From: Nitrospirota bacterium
Lineage (GTDB): Bacteria > Nitrospirota > UBA9217
Assembly: GCA_963840455.1 (NCBI GenBank)
Contig: CAWIYV010000011.1
Coordinates: forward strand, 800,001 to 864,000
Reading direction: 5' to 3'
Length of the DNA stretch: 64,000 bases
Below the pieces are notes generated by a model that was not told the origin of the DNA, ran no database searches, and saw only the letters and a list, made by a program, of their open reading frames with translations. The position numbers and the translations under genes were made by a program. Below, piece by piece: positions 39,484 through 49,622 of this stretch (the stretch's first letter is position 1; every line of letters begins with the position of its first letter).

Positions 39484-39993
39484 ATGACCACCGCCGCACC
39501 GTTGGAGTACCAGAACGACTTCTTCAGCATCAAGATCAGCCCGCTCAAGCACCGCTCCGGGGCCTACCATTACAGCATCGGCCTGAACCTTCCCAAGTTC
39601 AATCCCATCATCTGGGGAAGGACCGGCATCTGCTCCAACGCGGCGTTCAAGGGCCTGCAGCAGCTCCGCGCCGATGTATCGCACTACGCGCATCAAAAGG
39701 GGTGCTCGACCATGGACGCCGGCATTCCCTGCACGAACCTGTGCAGCCATGTGAATGGCTGGTACCAGGAGAGCGATCTCATCATTGAGAACGCGTCGCC
39801 TGAACTGGTCAGCGACATCCTCGCCTTCAGCGCCCGGACCCTGGTCCAGACCATCCTGACCGCGGCCCATCACGACGTCACGGTCGAGGACGGCCTCGCC
39901 CCCGCGGAGTCGCAGCGCCTGCTCGAGTCACTGGGCGTGCCAAATTACCAGGAGGCCGCTCCGCCGCCGATCGCCAAACCGCAGGCAGCCTGA
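39484..39993 (+). CDS. hypothetical protein
   Basis: RBS AAGGAGG, host-like codon bias, terminator at 40021-40052. Confidence 0.75.
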   Translation: MTTAAPLEYQNDFFSIKISPLKHRSGAYHYSIGLNLPKFNPIIWGRTGICSNAAFKGLQQLRADVSHYAHQKGCSTMDAGIPCTNLCSHVNGWYQESDLIIENASPELVSDILAFSARTLVQTILTAAHHDVTVEDGLAPAESQRLLESLGVPNYQEAAPPPIAKPQAA

Positions 39994-40020
39994 TACAGAC
40001 ACGGACCGATGCAAAAAAGC

Positions 40021-40052
40021 AGGCCCGGGACCTTCCCGGGCCTTTGTTGTTT
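40021..40052 (+). terminator. intrinsic terminator
   Basis: AGGCCCGGGA-cct-TCCCGGGCCT followed by TTGTTGTTT. Confidence 0.7.
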
Positions 40053-40281
40053 CATGGTGTTCCCGGGAAACCTGGGATCCGGCAGCGGGGGAAGATGGAG
40101 AGGCGGGCGTGTCGAGGGCGGCACATTACGATAACTCACGTACTCAAGCCTGGCGATGGACTGTCAAGTCAGACAGTATGGACCTGACCCCAAGGTGTTC
40201 CGGGTCTTTCAAGAAAGGTCTTCTTGCGCTTCAGAAGAATTACCTCTACAATAGCCATGCAGATGATTTCGGAGGCTGATC

Positions 40282-40725
40282 ATGAAAGCAAAGACCCTTT
40301 CTCCATCAAAGAAAAAGGCCGGCTCTGGCGCAAAGAAGAAGACCCTATCTGCGTCAAAGAAGAAACCGGCAGCTGCTGCGGCAAAAACAAGGCCTGGCGC
40401 CGCCTCAAAGGGAAAGCCTGTCTCTCTCGCAAGGCAGAAACTTGAATTGCACAAGCAGGTCATGGAGTTTGTCACGTCAGCGTTCAAAGGCAAGCGAATG
40501 GCATATTTTGTAAGCGGCGCCGAACGCAAAGGGCGCGCTTATATCATGTGTTTTGCTGTCGAGGGTGAAGCCGGATTCTATAAAGCGGACTGGGGCTGGC
40601 ATTGCAGCCTTGCCAGGGCAAAGGCGGAAACCGCTCTGATGAACAAAAAACTCGGCTTGAACGAAGAGGAAGTGAACAGGATCATCATTTCTACCATGGG
40701 ACCGGTGATCCGTCAGAAGAAATAG
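40282..40725 (+). CDS. hypothetical protein with Lys/Ala-rich N-terminus
   Basis: RBS GGAGG; repeated KTLS.SKKK. Confidence 0.65.
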   Translation: MKAKTLSPSKKKAGSGAKKKTLSASKKKPAAAAAKTRPGAASKGKPVSLARQKLELHKQVMEFVTSAFKGKRMAYFVSGAERKGRAYIMCFAVEGEAGFYKADWGWHCSLARAKAETALMNKKLGLNEEEVNRIIISTMGPVIRQKK

Positions 40726-40740
40726 CGGAGAGATAACAAC

Positions 40741-41100
40741 ATGACACCAGAGGAAGAGCGTGATAAGGCGTTAGCGGCACTTGGCCCGTTCTGGCCTGAA
40801 GTTTCCCTGGTGTTCAGAGAGTGTTATCTATCATCAGGAAAAGGCGCCGTTCTTGTCTATACCGATCCGGTGATCAACGGCACTATTCCCACTGACGATG
40901 ATTACCTGACCAGGCACGATGTTCTTGAAATAATCGACGGCAAAGAACCTAAAGCCCGCCTGGCTGCGCTTTTAGGCAGCTACGACCCCCATTCGGAAGG
41001 GATCCTGGTCCTGATCGCGAGCTCTACGAATGCATCGTTCTTTCATACCGTCAAGCTGATATCGCGGCACAATGAACACGAGGAGATGGGGCACCGTTAA
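40741..41100 (+). CDS. hypothetical protein
   Basis: RBS GGAG; coupled to the upstream gene. Confidence 0.6.
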   Translation: MTPEEERDKALAALGPFWPEVSLVFRECYLSSGKGAVLVYTDPVINGTIPTDDDYLTRHDVLEIIDGKEPKARLAALLGSYDPHSEGILVLIASSTNASFFHTVKLISRHNEHEEMGHR

Positions 41101-41106
41101 TGCCTC

Positions 41107-41448
41107 CTATCCGCCCAACCGTTTCGGTCTATACCCCATCTTGCCCAGCTCTGCCATGATCCCATCGCGATGGTCCCCCTGGATCTCGAGCGCGCCATTC
41201 TTAACAGCTCCGCCGGTGCCGAACTTTGTCTTTAATTGCTTCAGAAGCTTTTCGCTGTCCTCAGCCGGGAGCTGAAGCCCCTCTATCACCGTGACCGTTT
41301 TGCCGCCCCTGCCTTTCCGGTCGAGGCGCACGATGGTCCTGCATTTTGCAGGATCAGCAGGAGTCGGAGCGCTGCGAACAGCCGGCTTTCCCTTCCTTGG
41401 GATGACCTCTTCAGTCGAATAGACCAGTCTGGAATTGGAATCAGTCAT
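41107..41448 (-). CDS. yciH: translation initiation factor SUI1/YciH family
   Basis: LVYST, RKGRGGKTVTVIEG, LK.K.GTGG.VK...EIQGD. Confidence 0.92.
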   Translation of the reverse strand: MTDSNSRLVYSTEEVIPRKGKPAVRSAPTPADPAKCRTIVRLDRKGRGGKTVTVIEGLQLPAEDSEKLLKQLKTKFGTGGAVKNGALEIQGDHRDGIMAELGKMGYRPKRLGG

Positions 41449-41536
41449 GGAGAGAAAATATCAGAGGGAAAAGGGCTAAGTAGCCATAACTCCACGTACT
41501 CAAGCCTGGCACGGGACCGTCAGGTCAACCATTCCG

Positions 41537-43054
41537 CTAGGGACCTGAACCCAAGAGGTTGTTCTTGTCCGACGATCTGAACGATCTCCCGTCCCGTTCG
41601 CAGATCGCCTGTATCGCCTTCCTGCCGGACAAGGCATTCATGAACAGAGCAGTGGCCGAGCTCACCCATTGTCCGACCATGGAGAAACCGGACAAACGCG
41701 GGAGCGTCATCTCCTCCTTCCGGAACAGCGAACCCAGCAGCGACATCTTTTTATTCGGCAGGTTCGCGAAACCGTGGGTGCCGCCCATGTACCGCTCCCA
41801 GGTGATGATCGTGGGCACATCGATCACTTCGACCTGGCTCGCGAGCCCGCTGAAATACTGGTGCTCCAGGATCCCGATCACCTGTGAGGCTATCTTCTGC
41901 TTCTCTTCGGTATATCGTTCCCGGTCCGCGTACAGCTTCTTCCAGAAGGAATACCGTGAGAACAGCTCGACCTTGATCACCCCCTTGCCTGCAGGCGCCA
42001 TGGTCCTGTCGCACCCGTACATCTGCATGGCGATGCTGTGCTGTTCATGCCCGGCGATCACGACCGGTGCATCGAGCAGCATCACGAGGTTTGAAGGCTC
42101 CCGGGAAAGGTCCCTGTTCGCGCCGAGAAACACGTGGACGCCAAAGTTCATTTCATCCGGGGGCTCCCCGCAGTACTGCCTGATCCGTTCATTGGTATAG
42201 TTGTTCCCGAGCATCTCCATGATCGTCTTCCTGCCGTCCGCATTCGAGATGACCAGGTCGGCCCGATGCTCGGTTCCGTCAGCGAGCCGTATCCCCTTTG
42301 CCGCGTCATGCTCGACCAGTATCTTTTCAACGCGGCTTTTGTACAGTATCTCTCCTCCCAGGTCCCGGTATTTCCGTTCAAGGGACCGGGCAAACTCCCG
42401 GGAACCGCCGATGGGCCATTGGATCGCGTTGTTCAGGCCGTACCCGTGGCGGATGAGGTGGATCATGACGGAGATTTCCGGCGTGTTGTACAGAAGGAAG
42501 GGGAAGGCCCGCCTCAGAAAGGGGTCTGAAAATTTCTGCCCGAACTCCTGCATGGTCGGTTTCATCCAGGGAAGCATGGGCAGGATGTTCTTCGCTGTCC
42601 TCAAGACCCCGCCCTTGCTTTCCATGATCGAATCGCCCCAGGCGTCCCTGTCGCTGAATGCCTGTATCCCCCTGATATAGTCCCTGATCGCTTTCTGGTC
42701 CCCGCGGGAAAGGCTGTTCAGGTGCTGCTCCAGCCTGTCGAGGTCATAATAGTCGTAAAAGAGCTTGCCATCCGGCGACAGAACGCTCGTGCATTCATTG
42801 GTCCTGACCATCTCGCGGGGCATGGCCCCGAGTTCCTGCCAGAGGTCATAGATCTTCGAATAAGGGCTGCAGCCGAAGAGATCGTGAATGCAGCCGTCGA
42901 ATACATACTCCTTGCGCTTCCACCCGGCGCACTGCCCGCCCGGCTTTGAATGCATCTCGAAGATGCGCGTTTCATAGCCGTTCATCCTGGCGTAGATGCC
43001 CGCAGCAAGCCCGCCCATTCCCGCGCCGATGATGATTATGGATCTGTCTGCCAT
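41537..43054 (-). CDS. NAD(P)/FAD-dependent oxidoreductase, phytoene dehydrogenase-like
   Basis: IIIIGAGMGGL, E.H..PGG.C..W.R..Y.FD, TP.TW.RY, GQW. Confidence 0.88.
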   Translation of the reverse strand: MADRSIIIIGAGMGGLAAGIYARMNGYETRIFEMHSKPGGQCAGWKRKEYVFDGCIHDLFGCSPYSKIYDLWQELGAMPREMVRTNECTSVLSPDGKLFYDYYDLDRLEQHLNSLSRGDQKAIRDYIRGIQAFSDRDAWGDSIMESKGGVLRTAKNILPMLPWMKPTMQEFGQKFSDPFLRRAFPFLLYNTPEISVMIHLIRHGYGLNNAIQWPIGGSREFARSLERKYRDLGGEILYKSRVEKILVEHDAAKGIRLADGTEHRADLVISNADGRKTIMEMLGNNYTNERIRQYCGEPPDEMNFGVHVFLGANRDLSREPSNLVMLLDAPVVIAGHEQHSIAMQMYGCDRTMAPAGKGVIKVELFSRYSFWKKLYADRERYTEEKQKIASQVIGILEHQYFSGLASQVEVIDVPTIITWERYMGGTHGFANLPNKKMSLLGSLFRKEEMTLPRLSGFSMVGQWVSSATALFMNALSGRKAIQAICERDGRSFRSSDKNNLLGSGP

Positions 43055-43224
43055 GAAGTAATTATACGTCAAAGGAGGTGGGGAGGAGGTGAAATCTGGA
43101 AACGTCAAAAGGGAGGTGACATGATTCACCCCGTTAGAGATCGGGCGACATGCAGGGAATAAGACTTCACAGAAGAAAGTTACTGGCTATCATACAAGCT
43201 TGCGGATGTGCCGGCTTTCTCTAA

Positions 43225-43270
43225 TGGGGTAAACTTCGCCGGGGTATCAATGCGGAGCGGACGGGCCATG
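43225..43270 (-). pseudogene. second RAYT N-terminal relic
   Basis: MARPLRIDTP..., about 40 bp from an AGGGTCAGGTCTAC motif. Confidence 0.55.
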
Positions 43271-43385
43271 GACGGACTAGAGCAAAAAAAGGCAGGATGG
43301 CAAGAAAGTAGACCTGACCCTATAGGTTGTGCAATCTTTAACTCTGACCCTATGAGTGCCCCATACACCCCCCTCAGGGGTATGT

Positions 43386-43796
43386 CTATTCGTTGGTCGA
43401 AGCCATCAGCCGTTCCCTGTCCTTGAACAGCATATCGCATTTGTTGGCATAGAGCTTCATGACAATGCCCCTGCCGAATGTTTGGTGATTGACGATTTCG
43501 CCGATGCGGTATTTCGAATCCATGCTGTAATCGCGCTCTTTTCCTTTTGCCTCTGCAAGACCGGCCGCCCAGACGATCTCCGCTGTCTCTACTCCTCCGG
43601 CGCCCTTTCTCGCTCTCGGCTTCCGGACTTTTTGAGCGTCAAGGGAACTCGTAAATTTGTGCATACTGCCGCACGTCTTGCATCTCACTTTCGCGATCGT
43701 CTCTCCATCCATTGTCATAATGGTATGATCGCGGCTCAGCTTGCACTTCCCGCAGTAGGAATCAATGTCCCGACCTGCTGAGTTCTTTGCCAGCAT
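43386..43796 (-). CDS. hypothetical protein (Zn-ribbon + SH3/Tudor-like)
   Basis: CGKC...H, C.TC...H, Y..G....H..FG.G.V; RBS GAGGAGG. Confidence 0.8.
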   Translation of the reverse strand: MLAKNSAGRDIDSYCGKCKLSRDHTIMTMDGETIAKVRCKTCGSMHKFTSSLDAQKVRKPRARKGAGGVETAEIVWAAGLAEAKGKERDYSMDSKYRIGEIVNHQTFGRGIVMKLYANKCDMLFKDRERLMASTNE

Positions 43797-44022
43797 ACTA
43801 CCTCCTCGTGTACTATCTTTCTGTGTATGATGATGTGTCGGTAACGCGAAACTGGTCGAAGAGAGGGGTGAATTCGGAGAGATGCCGGAGTTTACGCTTC
43901 TCTAGGTAGAATCATTATACACTTTACTGGCGGGAAAGCTTTAACTCATTTTGCAGCAGTAGAAGGATGATCGTTTGCTATCCGCCGAAGCATATCGGGG
44001 TCAGGTCTACTTTCATGTCATT

Positions 44023-44271
44023 TTACTTCTTCGCGAGCTCCTTCAGCGCGGGGCGGTACTTCTCAATGAACTCGTTCACCTGACCGGCGAACGCCTTGTC
44101 GATCCCCGGCACCTTCCGCTTCTTTCTGACCGGGGCGATCACGATCCTTTCCTGTTCTTCATCCAGCTCGACATTCACGTCTGAGCCGGCGGCAAGATCG
44201 AGCTTGTTCAGGATCTCGACCGGGATCAACACCCCTTTGCTGTTCCCTATGGCAACGACCTTTCTGCGCAT
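44023..44271 (-). CDS. orphan AbrB antitoxin, near-identical to 36429-36677
   Basis: Three aa differences; no doc gene downstream. Confidence 0.88.
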   Translation of the reverse strand: MRRKVVAIGNSKGVLIPVEILNKLDLAAGSDVNVELDEEQERIVIAPVRKKRKVPGIDKAFAGQVNEFIEKYRPALKELAKK

Positions 44272-44537
44272 TGCCGCCTCCTTCGTGTTATAACGAAATC
44301 ATAACATTGCCCGGAGCGGTGCAAAGGGGATTGTCGCGGGCCGGAGATCAGGACCCCGATCAGCGGTGACTCTTCAACGATCGCGGCGGGGTCAGGTCTT
44401 GAAACGACAGTTTCTTCAAGACATGGCCCCCACCAGCCCTCACTTCCGCGTCGCCGTCCAGCCCTCGCCGCGTTTAGCGATTTGGGGCAAGGACTTGGCT
44501 GCCGAATTCGTCTTCCGGCCGCAACCAGTTCGCGGCC

Positions 44538-46295
44538 CTAAAGGAGTCCCGCGTCGTCGAGAAGCTTGCCGACCTGAGTGGCATCGAGCCTCTCGAGGAG
44601 CATCCTCTCGAGAAACTGAGGTGCGGGGATCTTCAGGGGTTGTCCTCCCCGCATGACCGCAGTCGCTTTGAGCAATGCACGGACATCGTACGTCGAACCG
44701 AACACTTCCGGGATACCCCGCTCCACGCCAAGCAGCGTGTAGGCCGCTTCCATGGCGGTGCGCACCGAGTACTCCGTCGTGAAAATGCAGTCACGGCCCG
44801 TCTCGGCGAACTGCCCGATGAAGGCAAAGTTCCTGGCGCCCTTCGGAACCACGTCCGGGCGATCGCCGGCCTTGCGTGGCAAAAAGAAGGACGTCACGTA
44901 GGGCATCATGCACGGGACGCAGTTCGCGCCCGTCGCGGCCATTTCCGGGATCTCCTCGACGGGCACGCCCAGGTGATACAGCCACTCCTTCACGATCTCC
45001 TCGCCCGTACAGTCCTGCATGGGTTTCTTGACATAGTCGCCCGGGGCTTCAACGAACAAGCCGTACATCCAGGCGACGATCTCGGTGGACTTCTGAGCCT
45101 TGAAGTGCGGCTGCCGGTTGACGGTCCAGCTCATCAGCCAGCGGGAGTCGCGCACCGTGACAATGCCCCCGGTAACCACCTTGCCGGAGAAAGGATCGCG
45201 CTTGCAGATCTTTTGGATGTACTGAGGGATGCGCTCGTCGAGCGTGGTCGCGGTGGCGGACTCCCACTTGCTCCGGGGGATGTTGCCGCAAAAGACCTCA
45301 GGCCGACCGAACGCAGGGTCTTTGGCCGCAATTCGCTTCCACAGTTCCCAGGCCGAGGCCGGGCCGGTGTTGAGCCTGGCAGGGGTCTGGTGGTCGCCCT
45401 CGTCGGCGTTGTCGACCAGCGAACCGATGGTCATGAGCACGAGGTCGTCCTCCGTCAGGTCGACCCCACCCGGCTTGCCACGCTGCAGCCAGTGAATGCG
45501 CGTGGCCTTCTTGTGCTCTGGAGCGATCGCAAAGTCGACATCCGTGACGTCGATCCCGTACTCGAACTTGACCCCTCGCTCTGTCAGCCAGCGGATCAAA
45601 GGCAGCACGAAGGATTCGTATTGGTTATATTTTGTGAATTTGATGGTCGATAGGTCAACCAGGCCGCCAAAGTGATGAACGAAGCGGTGGAGGTACAGCT
45701 TCATCTCCAGGGCGGAATGCCATTCCTCGAAAGCGAACATGGTGCGCCAGTACAGCCACATGTTGCTGTCCAAAAAGTCGCGCCCGAAAACCTCGTCGAT
45801 CCGCTTGCCCTCGAGCTCCTTGCGCGTACACAGGAAGATCTTCGACAGGTCCTTGCGCGCCTTCTTGTTCAGCTTCAGTGAGCGCCATTCCGGGACGTCC
45901 TGTCCGCGGTTCTGGGTCACTCGCTGCATCGAGAAGTTGGGGTCGTCCTTGTTCAGCCAGTAGAACTCGTCAAGAACCGACGCACCTTCGATCTCAAGAG
46001 AGGGAATCGAGCGAAAGCAATCCCAGAGGCACTCGAAGTGGCTCTCCATCTCCCGACCTCCCCGGATCACGAAACCTTTTTCGGGAACCTTGAATCCGTC
46101 CAGTGCTCCACCCGGCAATTCGCGCTTCTCGAGGATGGTGATGTTTGCTCCCGGAACGCCAGCGTCGCGAATGAAAAAGACCGCCGCTGACAAGGAGGCG
46201 AGTCCATTGCCGACCAACCACACCGTCTTGCGCTCCGCGTCCTTCACTGGGCGCGGCCGAGCGAACGCCTCGTAGTTGCCGCTGCTTTGGTACAT
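44538..46295 (-). CDS. ohyA: oleate hydratase (MCRA family)
   Basis: MYQSSGNYEAFARP, G.GLA.L, RGGREM, YNQYES, FIGQFAE, FTTEYSVRTA. Confidence 0.95.
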   Translation of the reverse strand: MYQSSGNYEAFARPRPVKDAERKTVWLVGNGLASLSAAVFFIRDAGVPGANITILEKRELPGGALDGFKVPEKGFVIRGGREMESHFECLWDCFRSIPSLEIEGASVLDEFYWLNKDDPNFSMQRVTQNRGQDVPEWRSLKLNKKARKDLSKIFLCTRKELEGKRIDEVFGRDFLDSNMWLYWRTMFAFEEWHSALEMKLYLHRFVHHFGGLVDLSTIKFTKYNQYESFVLPLIRWLTERGVKFEYGIDVTDVDFAIAPEHKKATRIHWLQRGKPGGVDLTEDDLVLMTIGSLVDNADEGDHQTPARLNTGPASAWELWKRIAAKDPAFGRPEVFCGNIPRSKWESATATTLDERIPQYIQKICKRDPFSGKVVTGGIVTVRDSRWLMSWTVNRQPHFKAQKSTEIVAWMYGLFVEAPGDYVKKPMQDCTGEEIVKEWLYHLGVPVEEIPEMAATGANCVPCMMPYVTSFFLPRKAGDRPDVVPKGARNFAFIGQFAETGRDCIFTTEYSVRTAMEAAYTLLGVERGIPEVFGSTYDVRALLKATAVMRGGQPLKIPAPQFLERMLLERLDATQVGKLLDDAGLL

Positions 46296-46372
46296 GATCA
46301 ATCCCCCCTTTCCTACGGCGACGTGGACGGGAGACTGCTTCGACGGGCGCGGAGAACACGCTCGTTGCTCAC

Positions 46373-46486
46373 CCCGGCGCACTGCCCGCCCATTCCCGCG
46401 CCGATGATGATTATGGATCTGTCTGCCATGAAGTAATTATACGTCAAAGGAGGAGGGGAGGAGGTGAAATCTGAAAACGTCAAAAG
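46373..46486 (-). repeat. duplicated upstream region and 5' end of the 41537-43054 gene
   Basis: Matches 42923-43111 with an internal deletion between two GCCCGCCC copies. Confidence 0.85.
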
Positions 46487-46576
46487 AATCAAGGGAGATG
46501 AGATACGGCAAAAGGTAAGACCCGTGCCCGGTAAAAGACCTTGATCCAGATGGGTGACCCTAAGGTGTTCCCAAGC

Positions 46577-47386
46577 CTATCTCAAGACAAGTGAAATAGC
46601 CCCGGTCGAGCATGCCGTACGACACAATCCGCACCCGAAGCATTGCTGCGGGTCGATATGCGCGTGAGATCCGTTGCCGTGTTTGTGGCTGTTGATCGCC
46701 TTGAAATTGCATGCAGCATCGCACATACCGCACCCGGTGCAGAGCGACTCGTCCACCCGGGCCACATGCTCTGCCCGCGCCATGATCTCGACCGTTGTGC
46801 GGGAGAGGGTCAGCATGGCAAGACAGTCCTCAGGCCGGCAGTTGCAGATCGCACCAATGAACGGGGTCATCATGGTCCAGATGGTATGGACCGAGCCCTG
46901 CTCTTCCATGGCCGTCATCTGGGAGATCGCAGCCTCCGGGGTGAGCGGCTCAAGCCCTTCGTCCGAGGCCTTGCCGAAGTACGACATGTCGATGCCCTGG
47001 TACCACGCCTCGGGTCCGTAGCTTATGGCGTAGCAGCAGCGCTCCTCTTTCTTCCCGATGTTCCACCGGCAGGCGCACGGCATGCGGACCACGGTCCTGG
47101 CCTTGCTGACCACGTGCCCGATCTCCTCGATAGGCAGGACCTGGCCGAAGTGCTCGGCCTTGGCCTTGGCGACCATGGCCTCGGCAACCGCGCGCGGCAG
47201 TTTTCCCTTTTTACGGTAAATGGTCTCGAGCCTGCCCAGGGTTTCGAAACCATCCGCGAACGCGGACGTGAGAAAGCCTTCGATATATCGCCGCCGGTTG
47301 AGATCGGACAGAAGGTCCTGTCCGTAATTCGCGGCGTTCTTATACCAGATCTTTCCTTCCCCGTGCTTGGTACAGAATTCACACAT
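46577..47386 (-). CDS. 4Fe-4S dicluster (ferredoxin-domain) protein
   Basis: MCEFC..H, CACR, ICNC, CTGCGMCDAAC, CFGCGLCRTAC. Confidence 0.88.
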   Translation of the reverse strand: MCEFCTKHGEGKIWYKNAANYGQDLLSDLNRRRYIEGFLTSAFADGFETLGRLETIYRKKGKLPRAVAEAMVAKAKAEHFGQVLPIEEIGHVVSKARTVVRMPCACRWNIGKKEERCCYAISYGPEAWYQGIDMSYFGKASDEGLEPLTPEAAISQMTAMEEQGSVHTIWTMMTPFIGAICNCRPEDCLAMLTLSRTTVEIMARAEHVARVDESLCTGCGMCDAACNFKAINSHKHGNGSHAHIDPQQCFGCGLCRTACSTGAISLVLR

Positions 47387-47613
47387 GGCGTATTGTAACT
47401 ACAGAAGGCGCAGATGTATACATTATTTTGGCAGGACGGCGACGTGGGTAAAAACTATCCTAAGGAGAATGGCGAAATACAAGACGTGACCCTATAAGGC
47501 TCTATTCAGTGCAACAAAAGAGACCTGATCCTAAGTGTTCGCAATTTGTGACTAGTACAAATAACTACAGATTCATGTCTGACCCCAAACACCTACCACA
47601 ATGCTCCTAGTTG

Positions 47614-48327
47614 CTAAGCCCACATCTCCATCCTGAGCCCATTCCGATCTTCCGTCTGAGGACCTAGTACGCGGGCGCTGCCTGATAAGACCCTCCTGGC
47701 TGTCCACAATGCGGCAAAAGCGTCGTTCAGATCGTCACGTTTGAAATCAGCGCCGGACATTTCTGCAAGTATCTTGGACCGACACGCAGGCCACTCACCG
47801 TCAATGAGACATTCGCGCTCAGCCCTGCCATCGGGCTTGGATTTTTTATACAGCATTGGTTTATAGTTATTCCATATGGCGAAACACACTTCCGGATGAA
47901 CTTCACGAACCCTCTGCTGAAGCGAAGGCTTCGCACTGAGAACTGCATCGACTTCATCTATTTTTGGAAGGATTGCAAAGGACTGCTTCGATAGAGCGCG
48001 GCCGTCAATCTTCCGATGTGTCTCACAAGCCGTATGGTAATCTTTTATGGAGATCACACTGCGAATGGGTGCCGAAAAGACACTGCTGGCACGAGGACGG
48101 CCAAGCAGGTCGCGGGCGGCCTTGTCGCATTGTCGTTGCCCACTTTCCGACAAACCAATCGGAACATCAATGGCGATTATTGCAGCCGTAGTGAGGCCAT
48201 CAAGCAATTCATTAAAAGTCTTGAAGACCCGTCCAGTAACCGTAGCGTCAATTTCTTCTATGCACAGCCAGCCTCCGTGACAGCCATCAATACCGGCTAT
48301 ATGTGCTTTTGGAGTATATGAATTCAT
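47614..48327 (-). CDS. DUF429 family protein (predicted RNase H-like nuclease)
   Basis: IAGIDGCHGGW, IAIDVPIGL, R.CD..AR, EVHPE, DDLNDA. Confidence 0.85.
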   Translation of the reverse strand: MNSYTPKAHIAGIDGCHGGWLCIEEIDATVTGRVFKTFNELLDGLTTAAIIAIDVPIGLSESGQRQCDKAARDLLGRPRASSVFSAPIRSVISIKDYHTACETHRKIDGRALSKQSFAILPKIDEVDAVLSAKPSLQQRVREVHPEVCFAIWNNYKPMLYKKSKPDGRAERECLIDGEWPACRSKILAEMSGADFKRDDLNDAFAALWTARRVLSGSARVLGPQTEDRNGLRMEMWA

Positions 48328-48338
48328 AGCACGAGAAC

Positions 48339-49007
48339 CTAATTCTGGATCTGCAACCACCTATCTATGTCAGCCCTTATCTGTTTCAATTGTCCGTGTA
48401 TCTGAGCAGATGAAAAATGATATATCTCTTTGACCATATTCCCGTTGATCGATCCGGCAAATCGCCGCCCCGATTGCTCCGTACCGCTTAGCCACGCGAA
48501 AAGAGGCTGGTTCTTCTGTATCCATCGCATATCACTTAGAACGCCGCTGGAGACAAAGAAGAGCTTGTGCCCGCCACCGCTGATCAGACGGTCAAGATAA
48601 GCCAAATGTAACGGCGAGAACAGGTCGAAATATTCCTGGCGCCCTTGCGTTTTGTTCCCTATGGTCGGGACATCGAGGAGCTCCAGGAATGATATGTGCT
48701 TAGCGTGATCCGGGCTAATGCCCAGCTTGCTGAAGTTCCTGTGGAACGGGACACCGTCCCCGTTTCGTTTGAATGGGTACTCCGGCAGGAGAAACGGATG
48801 ATGACACCGATGTCGCTGCCAGAAAGCTACGCCGTCAGCATGATATTCGAGAATGCGCTTGAAGAAAGGCTTGTTGGAGACTTCAGGCGAGTAATTCGCA
48901 TCGGAACTTAAGAAGATGATCGAAGCGCTTTCCGGCGCTTGCCCTTGAAAAGGCCTGTTATGAAAAAGATCGTCCAGGTCTAAAGATGGATGCTTTTGGA
49001 ATTTCAT
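48339..49007 (-). CDS. hypothetical protein
   Basis: 222 aa; P.QGQ.P..A..IFL..DAN, HHPFLL, YHFS. Confidence 0.7.
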   Translation of the reverse strand: MKFQKHPSLDLDDLFHNRPFQGQAPESASIIFLSSDANYSPEVSNKPFFKRILEYHADGVAFWQRHRCHHPFLLPEYPFKRNGDGVPFHRNFSKLGISPDHAKHISFLELLDVPTIGNKTQGRQEYFDLFSPLHLAYLDRLISGGGHKLFFVSSGVLSDMRWIQKNQPLFAWLSGTEQSGRRFAGSINGNMVKEIYHFSSAQIHGQLKQIRADIDRWLQIQN

Positions 49008-49062
49008 GTTGGAAGGTGTTCCATGATAGATTAAATCAGCAACTCGCCAATTTGTTTTAACA

Positions 49063-49563
49063 CTAATTTGTTTTTAATATCCGCCAATTATCACGAAATT
49101 TCACCAAATCAATCGGCGAAACGGCTGCGTGCGTTGACTCAGGATTCCTTGGTCGTCTCCCTCCATGTTCGCCGAGCCATTTACTCTGATTTTTGAAAAT
49201 AATATTTTGTAATTGTGCCTGCTTGAAGATATAAAACTCGTCGCCACCTCGTGAATCAGCCAGTTTAATATAAATACAAATCAATTTAGAATAAGGAAGT
49301 CGCTTTTTCCCGTTTATCTTCTGGATGCCACTTGGTGTTATCGTAATATCTAAGAACTTCGCGGCGTCAAACTGCCAGCTACCACCTCTAATCGTTTTCA
49401 CTTTTATTGGAGTGGTTTTGTATTTATCGTTTACCGCAAGGATATCAAAGTATGGCACATTACCTGTAAAAGAAGTTGCAATAAAACCACGTCTGGATAA
49501 CTCAGCACAGACTAGATATTCACCAATAGCTTTTGCAAGATGCATTTCTCTGCCTGTTGCCAT
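49063..49563 (-). CDS. PD-(D/E)xK-type nuclease
   Basis: GEYLVCAELSRRG, N.P.FDILA, IKVKT. Confidence 0.75.
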   Translation of the reverse strand: MATGREMHLAKAIGEYLVCAELSRRGFIATSFTGNVPYFDILAVNDKYKTTPIKVKTIRGGSWQFDAAKFLDITITPSGIQKINGKKRLPYSKLICIYIKLADSRGGDEFYIFKQAQLQNIIFKNQSKWLGEHGGRRPRNPESTHAAVSPIDLVKFRDNWRILKTN

Positions 49564-49622
49564 GTATCACCTCTCTGTGCGTTTTGTATTTTTTTCTCTT
49601 ATAACCTAGACAAACGTTTTAA

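Noticed and set aside
39217-41552. Integron attC cassette array
   Set aside because: No integron integrase in the window and no attC core-site symmetry.
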